From assembly GCA_023231475.1 (NCBI GenBank), contig JALJEE010001198.1, positions 1 through 35,082 of the forward strand: DNA of 35,082 bases. The letters run 5' to 3'. Shown here one piece after another: positions 13,001 to 26,025 of the stretch (positions are counted from its first letter, which is position 1; each line of letters starts with the position of its first letter). The notes below the pieces were generated by a model that worked only from the letters and a program-made list of their open reading frames with translations, ran no database searches and had not been told where the DNA came from. Made by a program: the position numbers and the translations under genes. The stretch is from Seison nebaliae. Lineage: Eukaryota.

Positions 13001-16000
13001 TAATTAGTCAATTGAAGTATTGTGTGGAATCGAATCTTCGCCAATATGAGCCCGAACAACGGATGAATGGAGAACAATGGAAGTTGAACAATGCACCACC
13101 GTTACCTCTCCATTATTGTCTGTCTTCTGTGCAGACACAATCAGCAATAGAGATGGAAAATGAACAGAAACGATTAGAATTGTATAAGAAATGTGCGAAG
13201 AACTTAATGAAATCAGCGAAATGTAATTCAGATGATGAAAAATTATCTGGAATAAATGAAGAGAATAATAAAAAATCAGGAAAATTCACACAAAGAAATT
13301 CCGATAATATACTTCGGAGTCGAACGGTTTGGTTGAGTTTATCGGAATTTTTAATTTGTTTCAATTATTTGGTGAATTGTTGGGATACACAACAATTTGC
13401 TTATACCACTTGTGTTGATGATATTATTAAATTATCAGGAATATCCACATCGAATCTCTCGTCGAATACGAACGCTGGAAATGCGGCAAATATGGCGACG
13501 ACCACACAACCAAAAAAAGGTGGTGGTACTGCCACCACTAAAGAGAAAGGGAAATCCGTTCAAAATTCTTCAGTTCTTACAGATGTATTGAAAGCAACAT
13601 CAATGCCTCATTTTCTTCACAATCATTTCTTATCACCTGAGAATGATGAAGGAATGAAATTGAAGAAACAAATTTATAATGTACAAATCGATCCGACGAT
13701 GTACAACAAAACTTCGCAGAAAATAATTTATGGACAGAATCGACAATTAATCGCTGATATCAGTCGACGTAAATGGAATTATTCGACATTCGTCGGTGAT
13801 ATTCAAACATACGAAATTTTCATACTTATCGATTACGAATATACAAATAGAAATGAAGAACGCTCATCAAATTTCCTTCATTTTCATCTCAATTCTCTAC
13901 CCAGATGGTATGAATGGAATCATCAAAGTTCTAATCAGAAAACTATTCATCTGCCACCTCAAAATAAGATCAAGCGAAAAGTGTCACTCCAATCGACGGA
14001 TAAGAAAAAGAAGAAAGTTCAACAAAATAATCCGAGAGATAGTTCCTTCAAAAGTATTGATAATTCTGATCAACAATATGTAAACAATCAATTTCATGAT
14101 GGGAGAGTATTAAATTATTCGTTTGTTGAAATTTTCCCATATTCGTGGAAGAATCGGAATTATGAGAATAAACCAATTTATTCGACAACCATTTCACTCA
14201 TCAACAGTTTCTCCTTGCCATTTACACCCGGGTTCTATTTTGAATTGTTTACATTTCTCTAAAATTTTCTTTCTATATTTTCTAGAAGAAGAATTTTAAA
14301 AATGAAATTAAATATTCCAATTGCATTCACTTTAAGAGTCAATTCAAATAAACCATTTTTATTGGGAAATGAAGATTTCATATTAAATGCTCTCGCTCAA
14401 AAATCTTATCATTATATTTATGATTCACTCATTCTGTTCAATGCATTCCAGAAGGCAGTTCTCTCATATAAACATAGTGAACAACGGAATGATATCGAAG
14501 AATCGATCAATAATTTAACCAACATATTCTATCCACTTTCTATTCATCCATCCCCATCTTCCTCACCAATACCTTCCGCCAAATCTCATGGTATTTCTCG
14601 TGGTGCCAGTTCTACTTTAAAATTGAAACATGACAATTCATATTCACCTGCCATTTTCCAACAATATAAAACTCAACAACAAATCTTCCGATCGATGATG
14701 AATGAAAACCATCACTTATCCATCCATTTGAAGAGGAGTGAAGCAATCATTAATTTCAATCGGGCACTCTTTCGTTTCCTTCGTGATATTATTGAAGAAC
14801 ATTCGAAGAAACAAGCCACAAACACAACGAACGAATTGAATGTGAAGAAACCGGCGAACGTGAAGAATACAGCGGCAAAAGTGGAACAACAAGTTGAGAA
14901 TGAAATACAAAAATCTGAAATAACCAACATCTTTCCAAATCAAGCACAGATTGAGAGGAAGAAATTGGAATTCGCTTGGAGAAGTTTCACTTTCGATTTT
15001 GCGTCGACAGATCCATTAGAATTATTCACCGCCAATGAACGTCAGTGTTCGGCACAGTCTCATGTTGAGACGAATGAAGTTAAGAATGAAACAATGTTCA
15101 ATTCCGATTCAATTCCACAAATCACTTATTCCCTTGAAGAAGAGAACGCTGCCGTTACTGTACAGAGTGCATGGAAAGGATTTCTTGTTCGTCGGATGCA
15201 TAATTCCAGAATACCTGGTACCATTGAACATGGAATCGTTTTGGAGCAATTAATCGAATCATTAAAATTAATAAAGATCGCTCCAAAAAAGTATCAAAAT
15301 GTCGTAAAATTATTTTCATTTTATTTATCTACTTCATCTTTCTCGTCCGAAATGTTCTCTCATTCCATTTTCGAATGGAATAACATTTTCCTTTGTAATT
15401 ATGGCGGATATAGTGAAATGGAACGACAGAATGATTCGATTCATCAATTCTCGTTTAATGATGGGAAGTTATCGAGACAATCACCCTCGATCAATACGGA
15501 GACGATAAAAACGACAAATAGTAAACAATCGAAATCGAAACAGAAAAATAATCAGAAAATTCTGGAAAATGAAACAAGCAATTTCCAAGAAGGCAACAAG
15601 TTGATTGAAGGGAAATTGGAAAAAATCTTGATTATTCCTCATCTCATCTACCGGTTTCAATATCTCTCATTCTTACACCATTTCATTTAAACTTTCCATT
15701 TTTTCTTTAGCGATATCTATTTCACTTATGTCGATAGTCGATTAGATAGTCAACATTCCGAATCCGTTCTCGCTAATACGATTATTGAGCGAGCTGGTGA
15801 TATTATTGAGAAGAAGAGTTTGGGAGCAGTAGAGAAATTGAATCGACTGAATGGAACAATTCGTCAAATTTATGATCGAATGAATGAAGATAAGAAGAAA
15901 TTGAAAGTTCTTCGAATTGACGAACAACAAATCTATGTAAATTATTCTGCAAAATTCGAAGCCGACGAATTGTCTTATCAATTACATACGGATCTAGTAA

Positions 16001-18481
16001 TTGTCGATAATGATAACCATCAAATTCTCAGAAAACGGTTGGGAGAATTAGAACCCTACCACTTTCCGACAAATGCGTTTGGTTATACAATCTTAATCGT
16101 CGCTTATCAGACGTTTAATGGAAGACAACTTCAACCAATTAATCGACAGAAAGAAAATTTATCTTCCACATTGAAACCGAATGAAATAACGAAACAAAAA
16201 TCGAAACAACCAGCTAATTCTTCAACAATAAGTCAATCCAATTTACCGTCAGCCACACCACAAATACAATTAGATGAAACGAAATTAAATATCAAATGGA
16301 ATCTCCATTTCTTCTCAACTTCTCTCCGAACTATTATTCCCCGAACTTTCTACAACGAATATTTCTTTGACAATTTTAATCAGCGATTGAAAGATCTGAA
16401 ATCAAATGACACATCAGAAAATGAATCTCAACTCTTAGGAAAACTGAAGGAAATTCTCTTGTTTAGTGAACAGGAATTCTATAAATCTTATTCGAATCAA
16501 TCAGTTAATTCTAATTATCAGACTACTAATCAACCGACAACTACCACTACAACCATCAGTGGTTCAGGAGGGAATACGACAACAAATGTGAGTGCAGGAG
16601 CCACCTCTGGTTCATCATCCCAATCAGACATATGGCAACAGAAACATAATGAGCAAATGGGAATTATCGGAATAAATGAACAATCGATATTCAACCGAAT
16701 TCTTTATCAGACTAATTATTTCAATAATTTATATACCCGAAAAGAATTCACTGATTATTTCATTCCAAGACGTGCAAATAATTTGATTGTGAGATATAAT
16801 ATCTCCACCTTAAAAGACCAATTATCCACCATCTATTTCTATGCCAGCAATACGATGGCACATATACAATTATCGATTATTGATAAGGAACTAAATAAGA
16901 AAATTATCGAAGTTGACGGATTTGGCCAAGCAACAATTCCAGCAGTCATCTTCTGGAAATCGCGAACGGATATATTAATTTCCAATGAGAAGATATATAA
17001 TAACCTCAGTGAAACGAACACGAATCATGTTGAGCGTCCGGAAAAGTCACCGGTGCCGCCTGCGAAAAAAGGCTCGAAAAATGCATCAAGTAAAATGAGT
17101 AAATCATCAATGAAAAATAAAAAACCATCAATTGATGAAGACACGGTTCTTTTTTGTTTTATTTTTTGAAAAATTTAATTCCCTTTATTCAAATTTATTC
17201 ACTCGTTGTTTATATTTTGTCAGTCATCAGAATCAGAGAAGATATTGAATTTATTTCCATTTTACATGGAGAACGAGAACGAACTAAAAGAAATTTTTTC
17301 ACCACATCATTATTGGTTGGAGGTGAGAGTCCTCAATAAATCCTGGAATAAATTGAGTGAAAATCAATTGACATTTATTGATCAACAGAAAACGATAGAA
17401 AAAGAAAAGAATAAAAGTTTCCCAATTTCTTCTTTAAATTCCAATTCAATTTCAAAAATAATATTTCAATTATCAGTTTTAAAAGAAGAAGTAAAAGATG
17501 AGAAAATCAAACAAACCACATCAACATCAAGAAACCGAAGTCGAATGACTTCTCAACAGAGAGGAAACGATTTAAAATCGACAGAACAGAAAACGATCGA
17601 TGAGACGAAAGCACATTGGAAATTGATACTATTCTCTGATAAATCAGCCGAAGTTCCAATTCTTTAAAGATTCTCATTTTTTTAATCATTCTCCTTTATA
17701 GAATGATTTGACGATTGAACGTGATAATAGTACGAATGAATCGTTAGTGAATATGAAGAAAGCGTGGGAAATGAGCGAACCGGGACGATTACAAAAAGGA
17801 TTGACAACTGCCTCCCAATACACTCACCATAAACAACAATATAAGGGTGATGAAGAAAAAATTGATAATGAGGATGATGATAGTGACGATGATATTAAAC
17901 TGGTGTCAGCAGATGATGAGAAAAATTCGGAGGAGAATGTTATCGATCAAGAAATGAATGGAGATACGACACCTAAATTACCCGTTCTTTTATATCGTCC
18001 CATAAAAGAGGAGCATTATAAAAAGTTTTTCTCTTTTCTTTTCGTGCATATAAAAGAAAAATATTCGTGTGTTTGTAGAAATCGTAAAAATGTTAATTAT
18101 CCAATGACGACGGATGAAAAAGTGGGAACAATAGCCCAGTTCAAGCAGAAAAAGAATGAGATGTTGCAATACAATCAAATTTTAAAAGAAATTTTCCTCA
18201 AAGAAAAAGAGACGAATAAATCCTTTAACATTTCCATCGATCAAACAGTTGACACATCTCTACTTTTTTCTCCTTCAATTTTTTCTTTCTTTTCCTTCTT
18301 TCAGATAAGAGAAGCGAGAAAATCCTATCAATTGAAAACAGATCAACAACAAGAAATTATTAGTAAAAAATTAGCGGAATTACAGGCATTGAGTGAATCG
18401 AAACCAGCAACACCCATTGCTCCAGTGGCACCAGCAGTCATGACGAAAAATAAGGAGAAGAAAGCCTCAAAAGCTAAATGA
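10019..18481 (+). CDS. ADGB: Androglobin (calpain-like domain, circularly permuted globin, IQ motif), about 2549 aa, 13 exons
   Basis: Motifs LWPEWTDNDILNEKW, YEDVEGILFLP, SGKYIVKLYFMGKWRKVYVDDYMP...LWSFLLTKALLK, IQ motif AAVTVQSAWKGFLVRR, LVIVDNDN, KKAWEMSEPGR. Introns 10114-10160, 10356-10512, 10748-10852, 11042-11089, 11685-11731, 14232-14285, 15654-15710, 17146-17223, 17417-17476, 17653-17701, 18025-18078, 18248-18304 (all GTT..AG). Spliced length 7650 nt, in frame. The first two exons are less certain; alternative start at ATG 10520. Confidence 0.9.
10393..10406. promoter_or_regulatory. RFX X-box (GTTGCTATGGAAAC)
   Basis: 14-bp imperfect palindrome matching the X-box consensus GTTNCCATGGNAAC at all but one position. 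It ends about 114 nt upstream of ATG 10520 of a cilia-associated gene. A forkhead-like GTAAATA lies at 10419-10425. Confidence 0.7.
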
Positions 18482-18922
18482 AGAAAGGAAAATGAATTAT
18501 CATCGAACCATTTAAACTGTCATTCATTTTGATTATTATTCACCCAAAAAGAATGTTCGGAACATGTCTAGCTTGACATGGTCAATTGTTCAAATTCCTT
18601 TTTACACAAAAACATTCACCTTTCTCTGTCATTAAATCGTATCATATCACATCACTCGATTTCTTACAGTCATTCGTTAAGTGATAAACAAACTCTACTG
18701 TCTGACTAGTACTTAAATGAAAATGCTTCAATCTTTCTTCCTCAGGAAAAGATCTCAAGAACTTTTCTTTTCGAATTTGTTTCTTTGAAGAGAAACGACT
18801 TTCCATTAAAATTATCTTCCTCCCTCTAAAACTATTCGGATTTCCCCTCTATACAATTGTCCTCTCTATACAATTTCTTCCATTTTCGAGTTTACAGAAA
18901 TTTTTCATTATATTTTATTGGA

Positions 18923-19480
18923 ATGATGACTAATGTGAAATCTCCGAATTTTTACGAACGTCTCAATTGTAACGAATATTCCACAGTTTTCATCTCTTAT
19001 TCCGACTCTTCTAACACATAATCTTTCTTGTAGATTGAACAAATTCAAACGGAATTTCGAAGAAAAGCTGTCGACTGTCATCCTGATCGTTCCAATAAAA
19101 ATCCGGATGCCAAACAATTCCAGGAATTGGAAGAAGCGAAACGAATTCTTTGTGATGAGAAAACACGACCGATTTATGATCGATGGTTATCAAATCCTAT
19201 AAATGTGCCATGGAGTGATTTTTTGAAACAATCTGGAAATTTTTCATCATCCTTCCATTTCGCTTACACCAAACCACCAGCAGCTATTGATATTCGAGGT
19301 TAGTTAACTTTTTGAAATATTATGAAAAATATTTTATGATTTTTTGAAGGAATGGACGAATCGGTTGAATCAATTGTACAAACTGACAACGATTCGATAA
19401 TTACATTTAATGATCATCGTTATCAATGGCAACGATCAAACAGTGACATCCGTCGGAAATTTCGACGATATCAAATTTGA
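18923..19480 (+). CDS. DNAJC12: DnaJ homolog subfamily C member 12 (152 aa, 3 exons)
   Basis: Missed by the ORF track. ATG 18923; introns 18986-19033 (GTTTTC..TAG) and 19299-19349 (GTTAGT..AAG). Protein: FYERLNCNEYSTIEQIQTEFRRKAVDCHPDR...FQELEEAKRIL...YDRW, C-terminus IRRKFRRYQI* (compare DNAJC12 LRKFRNYEI). Confidence 0.92.
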
Positions 19481-19730
19481 ATTATTTTCCATCGTAGTCG
19501 ACGGTATTAGGAGAAACGTTGAAAATAATCGTAAAACGAATTCATTTCATTTATTCATTAAAAAATTATATTATAAAGACAAAAGAAAAGAAGAAAATAA
19601 AAAAAAAAAAGAGACGAAAACAATTACGAACAGGAAATATTCATAGAAAAAAGTTTCCCTTTAATTAACGGGAAAAGAGTCACGAAAAGAAATAAAAATC
19701 GTTCTTTTCGAATCTAATCTAAATTCGACA

Positions 19731-21679
19731 TCATTTCATCATTTGTTTTTCCGATTGTTTGTTAACGGTGCCATTTATCGTCTTCTTTCCTACAACCGTC
19801 GATGATGAGACGATGTTATTGTTAGTTCCATTTTCAGTTGCCGTTTTCCCATTCGCTTTTCCATATTTGGGCATTTGGAGTGAATCGATCAATGGTTGTA
19901 CTCGATGTTCGAGTAACATGTTGTTGATTGGTGGGAGGCCGATACAAGCTCGAAATAAATTCTCCAATGCCGATTTCTGACGGAATAGAGAATTAACCAC
20001 AGGAATTCCATCAGGTGATAATGGTGCTTTCAAGAAGAGTGAAAGGAATGATAAAATTGAATGGAATGATTGAAAATTCAATTCCATCTCTTCATTGTCA
20101 GTTACTGCGATTTGTATTCTCGTGAGTAATTCGGTGACGATAATCAAATCAAGAATTAATGGAGCGGCCAATAACGAATCTTCACAAGTATTATGAATAA
20201 CGAATGTTTGATGTCCACCCATCATAATCTGACACGTATACTCATCCATAGCACGCTTAGAATCGCCCACATATGGTACATATTTAATAACAACACAATG
20301 ATCCGGTTTGTCGTTGGTCTCATACAACAATTTATTACTCTTCACCATATCATCGACGACATTCGTTTTCGAAATTTCTTTTGAACGGAATTGTTGTGGT
20401 GCACTGAGATTTTTTCCATCATTATTACCCAAATGATTATAACTGACGATGGAAACGGGTTTGATACCACATGACACTAAGAAATCAACAAGTACAGATT
20501 TCAATTTCGTTTGACCCGTTTTGAAATCATCACCAGCAATGAAAGCGTTATGCTCCTCCGCTAATTCAATGAGTCCTGGAACGAACGTATTTTGAGGAGA
20601 ACCATTAATATATGGAACATTCTCTAAAATTGCTGCCATGGCAAAAAGTGTGGAAGGAGCGATTTCTACTGAATGATCATTAATTTTCGTCTTCCTACAC
20701 ATGTCAAGGAGAGTAGAACTATGATCATTCACTCCAGGAATAATCGAAGAAAATCTCTCAGTATTCGCCGTCCACAAAACGATAATTTTATCGACTTTCT
20801 TACGAAAATCACGAATATCATTTCGAATCACTTCCACCAAATCCATGAGGAAACCATCTGTCAATTCAATAACATTATTTGCTCGATCCTCCTGATTAGC
20901 GGCTATATAATTGGGAATATAAATACTCTTTCTTGGTACCATCTCCTTCATCAATGGCGAGAGTTGTTTCCTCAATTCCGGTTCGAAAACTTTCGCTCTA
21001 ATCATAGCATCGGCTAAATTCATGTTGGAAATATCCCAACCATCAAATTCAATATCTTCACCATTCACCATCGGTAATAGTTGACGGATGGGAATGAATA
21101 TTTCATTTCCTGCTTCATCCAATCCGATAGATGTGGTGGCCGCTTGTGTATATGATCCGAACCAATTCGATTTCTCTTGACCATTTCTCGTTTCCCATTC
21201 CAATTTAAATCGATTTGCCAATACTGCTCCAGTGAGAGTGGAGCCGTTATTGCCTCCCCATCCAACTAACATCACTCCTAATTTGGGTACTGTCCGTTCT
21301 GTTCGTAATCGACATTCGATATTTTTCGGTTGAATCTAAAAATCCCAAATAATTAGTTAGATTTTGATGAGTAAACATTTTTTTTTCAAATTACACAAAA
21401 CTAATTAAGAATTCTTTTTTTCTCATCAAATTAAAAAGAAGAAATTTTGATGTTTTATCAAATTTCAAAATAATTATCTTTTAATGAAAATTTGGAAGTT
21501 TGTGAAATTTTTTAAAAATTCTAAAGAGAAACAAGAACTTTATAAGAATTTCCTATCCGATCAACAATAGATGTTTGATATTGATATTGTGAATGAATAT
21601 ACTCCTCCGTATAAACGACGTCATCTGAATCGATAATGAGTTCATTCTCCTGATGTCCATTTTCCGTCAATTGTGTCAT
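19731..21679 (-). CDS. ISYNA1: Inositol-3-phosphate synthase (581 aa, 2 exons)
   Basis: Motifs [47 protein letters not shown]. Exon 1 is 21679-21539; intron 21538-21336 (GTTCTT..TAG). Confidence 0.97.
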
Positions 21680-22779
21680 AATGAAATTGAATTCTATTGA
21701 AGAATGAAGAACTATTCAAATTGGAAATGTCTATGATATGATAAGAAGTTTGTTGATATTAGTAATCGATGTGAGTCATCAATCGAATGACAACAGAATA
21801 AGATCAGAGCAATGAGTTAATTGAAATTATGAAATTCACATTTCATAATTTAAATTGCACATATGCTTTCCAAAGTAGGTTTGTCGTTATTTACTCCTTT
21901 TAAAGGCAATTTCTCTTAAAGTTAGTCAGTCGAGTAAATGTGAGAAGAAATGTGAGAGTCAAATAAGTCGAGTAGAAAATAAATTAAAATTCTCATTTTA
22001 TTTAGTAGTCTGAACGGAAAATCGATCATCAGGTCAGTTTGACGACAGAATTCCTCCCATCTGCCAATGACAAAAAATCAGCATGAAATTATCATGTCAG
22101 CATTCAAATTAATCGAGCTAGAATGGCTCAATTTACCCAACATGAATTTGGGATGATATATAGAAAGTTTCTTCTTTCGAAATGTTGGCCGAATGATATC
22201 ATCAGTTACTGATGATTATGCTGATGCTGCAATACACCATCAGCCCAATACTTTGGAAACATCGAACGATCGATACAATTAATGCTCGCTAAATAAAAAG
22301 GGAGAAATCTCTTTTCTTACCTAATGTTTTATTAGTGTCAGTTAGTGTTTGTGAGAATTCGATGATGATTTATGAATAAAATATTTGAGTTCAACGTTTA
22401 TAACATTTTAGCAATTCGGTCGCGAATAGACGACATAATAATTATTTCGGATGAATCATGCTCCAATTATATGACAGGCGATTACTAACGATATAACAAC
22501 TAATTCAATATTTCGTCATCCACTTAAGTCAATCAGCGTCATCGGAGACACGTTTAAGATGACCACGCGTCACCGCCGACGAAGATAAGTGAGAGAATTA
22601 ACTGATAAGAAATCATTAATAAAAATTAGTGATGAAACAGAAGGAATTGTAATGAGAATTAAAATAAAATTTTAAGCTTATCAATTTTCAACTTTTTTTT
22701 TGAGAGCATAAAATAATTCGGATCTGTGATGAGATGTGAACAGTCATCTTTCTCTCATTGAAATTTGAAGGGATTTCCA

Positions 22780-23683
22780 ATGTTGAACTCGCTCAATCGT
22801 TTCCGTCAAAAGACTTGGGATCCCATACTCATTGGAAGTCAAATTGTATGTTTACAAACAGCAACGTACACCTCCATCAGTTTCATCTTAATGATAATTA
22901 ATGCATTTAAAGGATTCACAAATAATGTCGATTATATTCTATCTACCAAAGTCTAATTGTTTCACTAATTAAATTAATCCATTTCATTATTCAGTATATT
23001 ACAACTGGTAACTTGGTAGGTAGATACATCATCATTGCTTACGTCCTCTCTTCAATCGTCAGGTTATTCTCCTTGTAATTCTCATTCAATATCTTATAAC
23101 GACTTCTTCATTCTTACACATCTCTCTCTCACTTTCTCTTCTTTCGAAAATACATTCAACATTTTTCCCAATTCTTTTCTCTCTGTTTTCTTAAAATATT
23201 TTTCGAAATTTTCAAAACACATCGGTTGATTATAGTTTTAAAGTTGAGTTGCTTAAAAAGTAATTTTATGTTTAAGGAGGCCAAAGAGTTTTAAGTTGAT
23301 ATTCTCTCAAACGTTAGAAGTGAGTGGAAGAAAGTTTGTGAGTTTTGAGGAGAAGATTAATTAGAATTATATATATGAATGGATTTCACTAAAATTGATA
23401 TATCTTCATCTTTTTTCTCTCACCAACACACGAACGATACAGTGCATTGATATTGTGGGTATTTATACAGAAAGCGAAGGAATGCCTCGATTTTGCAGCA
23501 ACATTCTTTCTTTATCATCTTATCATAACTGCAGTATATGATGGAATGTTTCCTCGTTCTCTGATTTGGTGGATCGTCAACATAATCAATCTCATCATCT
23601 CTACAATCATCGGGGAATATTTATGTATGAAAAGTGATCTGAAAGACATCCCTGTTAACCAGCCAGCAATCAGTGATGTATGA
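22780..23683 (+). CDS. SYS1: Golgi trafficking membrane protein SYS1 (159 aa, 3 exons)
   Basis: FRQKTWDPILIGSQIVCLQ, KAKECLDFAAT, FPRSLIWW, IGEYLCMKSDLKDIP. Introns 22951-22994 (GTCTAA..CAG) and 23063-23442 (GTTATT..CAG). Confidence 0.93.
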
Positions 23684-24154
23684 ATGGCGGAGAAGGAAAA
23701 TGATTCTCTTATTTATTTTTCAGTTTTAATTTAAATAAAATTCTGAGCCTATTTATCTCTGTAGAAGAAAGGTTTTTTTTTCTGTTTTTCTCCTCGAACT
23801 TTTTCTTTCATTCGACCAACTATTTTCCTTTCTCATCTTGAACTGTTCTCTTATTTTTTTCATATTTCTTTCTTCCTCTTCAAGAGAATGATTGAATATT
23901 AATTGAATTCGGTTGAGTGAGAGAATAGGGGAAGAAAAAGGAGAAAAATCCAAATTAATTTTTACATCTTTCTTTTTCAAACTCATTTCTTATCGAACTC
24001 AACTTATTTTCGTTTCATTAACTATTATTTTTGAAAGAGAATGAACGTTATTTGATCGTGGGAGTAGAACGGTCAATTTTTTGGGAGTTTTCGATCAAAA
24101 GAAGAGAAGCAAATTCACTTTCGTTGTCTTCAAAAGAGAATCGGGACGATTTTG

Positions 24155-25357
24155 ATGGAAGTCAACAATTCCACAATCATATCACATCATCAGTACCCGT
24201 TGACGATGTCGTCTCATGATAATGATGTGCCATTCCTCCCAATATATTCTTTGTCTTTCGCTACTTATTCGATTGACAGTTCATATATTACATCTGATTC
24301 ATCTCAACACAGCAGTATGAGCAGTGGCCTAAATGATGAGATTGGAGAGAACGATGAGACGAATTCGGAAGAGAAACTCGAACCAGCTTCAGATAATGAA
24401 CGGAAACTGGTGAAGATATTCGCATCAATCGATTTGGAGGAGATGAATAGTGAAACAGATCAACGACAATTCTCTGAAACATTTCAACCATTTTCGAACG
24501 TCGGTGTTGACGGTGGCGGAGAAGCTAATCATGACAATAATAAGGAAAATGATGATATGAGAGTGGCGGAAACGATGCGACGAACGAAGTCGTTAAAAAT
24601 AACTCAACCGTTGAGATCGAAAGAGAATAAACAGAAGAAAATGGTGAGATTTGCCGATTCATTCGGTCTTGATCTCGAACTGGTTCACATCATACAAGTG
24701 GAGGATCCGTTTGGAAATGATACGAAATTATTGAATAAACGATTGGAAAATAAATTGAAATTTAAAGAATCATCAATTTTCACTTCGTTATCGAATCAAC
24801 CGATTATTTCTGTTAATCTTCCTCCGTATGAGTCGAAAGAGTTGAAAGAATCGAATGAGAATGGTAAAAGTGAAAAGAGGAAACGACAAAATTATTCATC
24901 GAAATCATCGTCAAGTGATACGAAAGAAAATGCTGAATTGAGATTTGCCATTTATACCAAACCGGTTTGTCATTTAGTGCCAAAACATGTGTGGAAGACG
25001 AGCAATTCAAGTTATGTGAACGAGAAGGTACTTCATAATTTTATTTGTCTTTGTAGTTTCAATACGAATAATTTCCGTGTTGGTGGTAAGATTAAAGTTC
25101 TCAATTTGCATTATAACAAGAAGGTGATTGTGAGATATACATTGAATAATTGGTTGAGTTATATCGATGAGTCTGCACATTATATAGAAGGCTCACACGA
25201 TGGAGCAACGGATCTATTTCAATTTAGCATTCTGATTCCTTTCTACTTCTCCTCATTTCGCAACGACACATTAGAGTTCTGTCTCAGTTACAAGACGAAT
25301 GGTCAAATATATTGGGACAATAATAGTGGGAAGAATTACGTTTTAGTGTGTTGTTGA
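24155..25357 (+). CDS. Protein phosphatase 1 glycogen-targeting regulatory subunit (PPP1R3 family, CBM21), single exon
   Basis: PP1-docking KKMVRFADSFGLDL. CBM21 motifs GKIKVLNLHYNKKVIVRYTLNNW and EFCLSYKTNGQIYWDNNSGKNY. Confidence 0.93.
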   Translation: MEVNNSTIISHHQYPLTMSSHDNDVPFLPIYSLSFATYSIDSSYITSDSSQHSSMSSGLNDEIGENDETNSEEKLEPASDNERKLVKIFASIDLEEMNSETDQRQFSETFQPFSNVGVDGGGEANHDNNKENDDMRVAETMRRTKSLKITQPLRSKENKQKKMVRFADSFGLDLELVHIIQVEDPFGNDTKLLNKRLENKLKFKESSIFTSLSNQPIISVNLPPYESKELKESNENGKSEKRKRQNYSSKSSSSDTKENAELRFAIYTKPVCHLVPKHVWKTSNSSYVNEKVLHNFICLCSFNTNNFRVGGKIKVLNLHYNKKVIVRYTLNNWLSYIDESAHYIEGSHDGATDLFQFSILIPFYFSSFRNDTLEFCLSYKTNGQIYWDNNSGKNYVLVCC

Positions 25358-26025
25358 CAAATTTCTTGATGAAATTCAATTGATATATCAACCATAATAG
25401 AGTATTGAGAAGAAACCATCAAATTATCGTTACAATCTCTAAAACTCATATTTTCCTCTCTTCCATATCATTCTTCGAATAACTCTTTCGCACAAAACTT
25501 TTTAGGAACATTTCTCCCTCTTCCTATTCACACTTTATGAGACGAACAATTCTTTATTATTATTATTTATTCTATTTTAACCCCCCTTTTTTTTTTACTT
25601 ATATATTCGAACAAGAATAATTAGTGCTCTCCCGGAACTATCTTGTCGTTTTTAAAAGAAACCGTTCGTCTATGCTGTAGTGTTCGTCATCGTCAGAAAG
25701 ATAAATAAATTATATTAACTCCAAGTTTATTTAAACATCTTTATTTATTTATTTATCTATCATTTATCTACTTGTGGTGAATGAATTGAATATTATTATA
25801 ATGAATTTGATCGTTGAAAAAAGGAAATAATGTGTGATAATTCTCGGGAAACGATTGATTTTCCATCTTTTCATTAAATCATCTTTTTGGCGAGTTCATT
25901 TTTAGAATTTGATAAGAAATATTTTATTCTTTCTTTCATTAAAAAACTGTGAAATTTTGTGTCATTTTAAAAGGAAAAAATTCATTAATTTTATGGAAAT
26001 TCGACGACGTTTCGTCGTGTCCAAA

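Noticed and set aside
26004..26018. Small hairpin ACGACG-TTT-CGTCGT after the orphan gene stop
   Set aside because: A 6-bp stem is expected by chance, and intrinsic terminators do not apply to this eukaryotic context.
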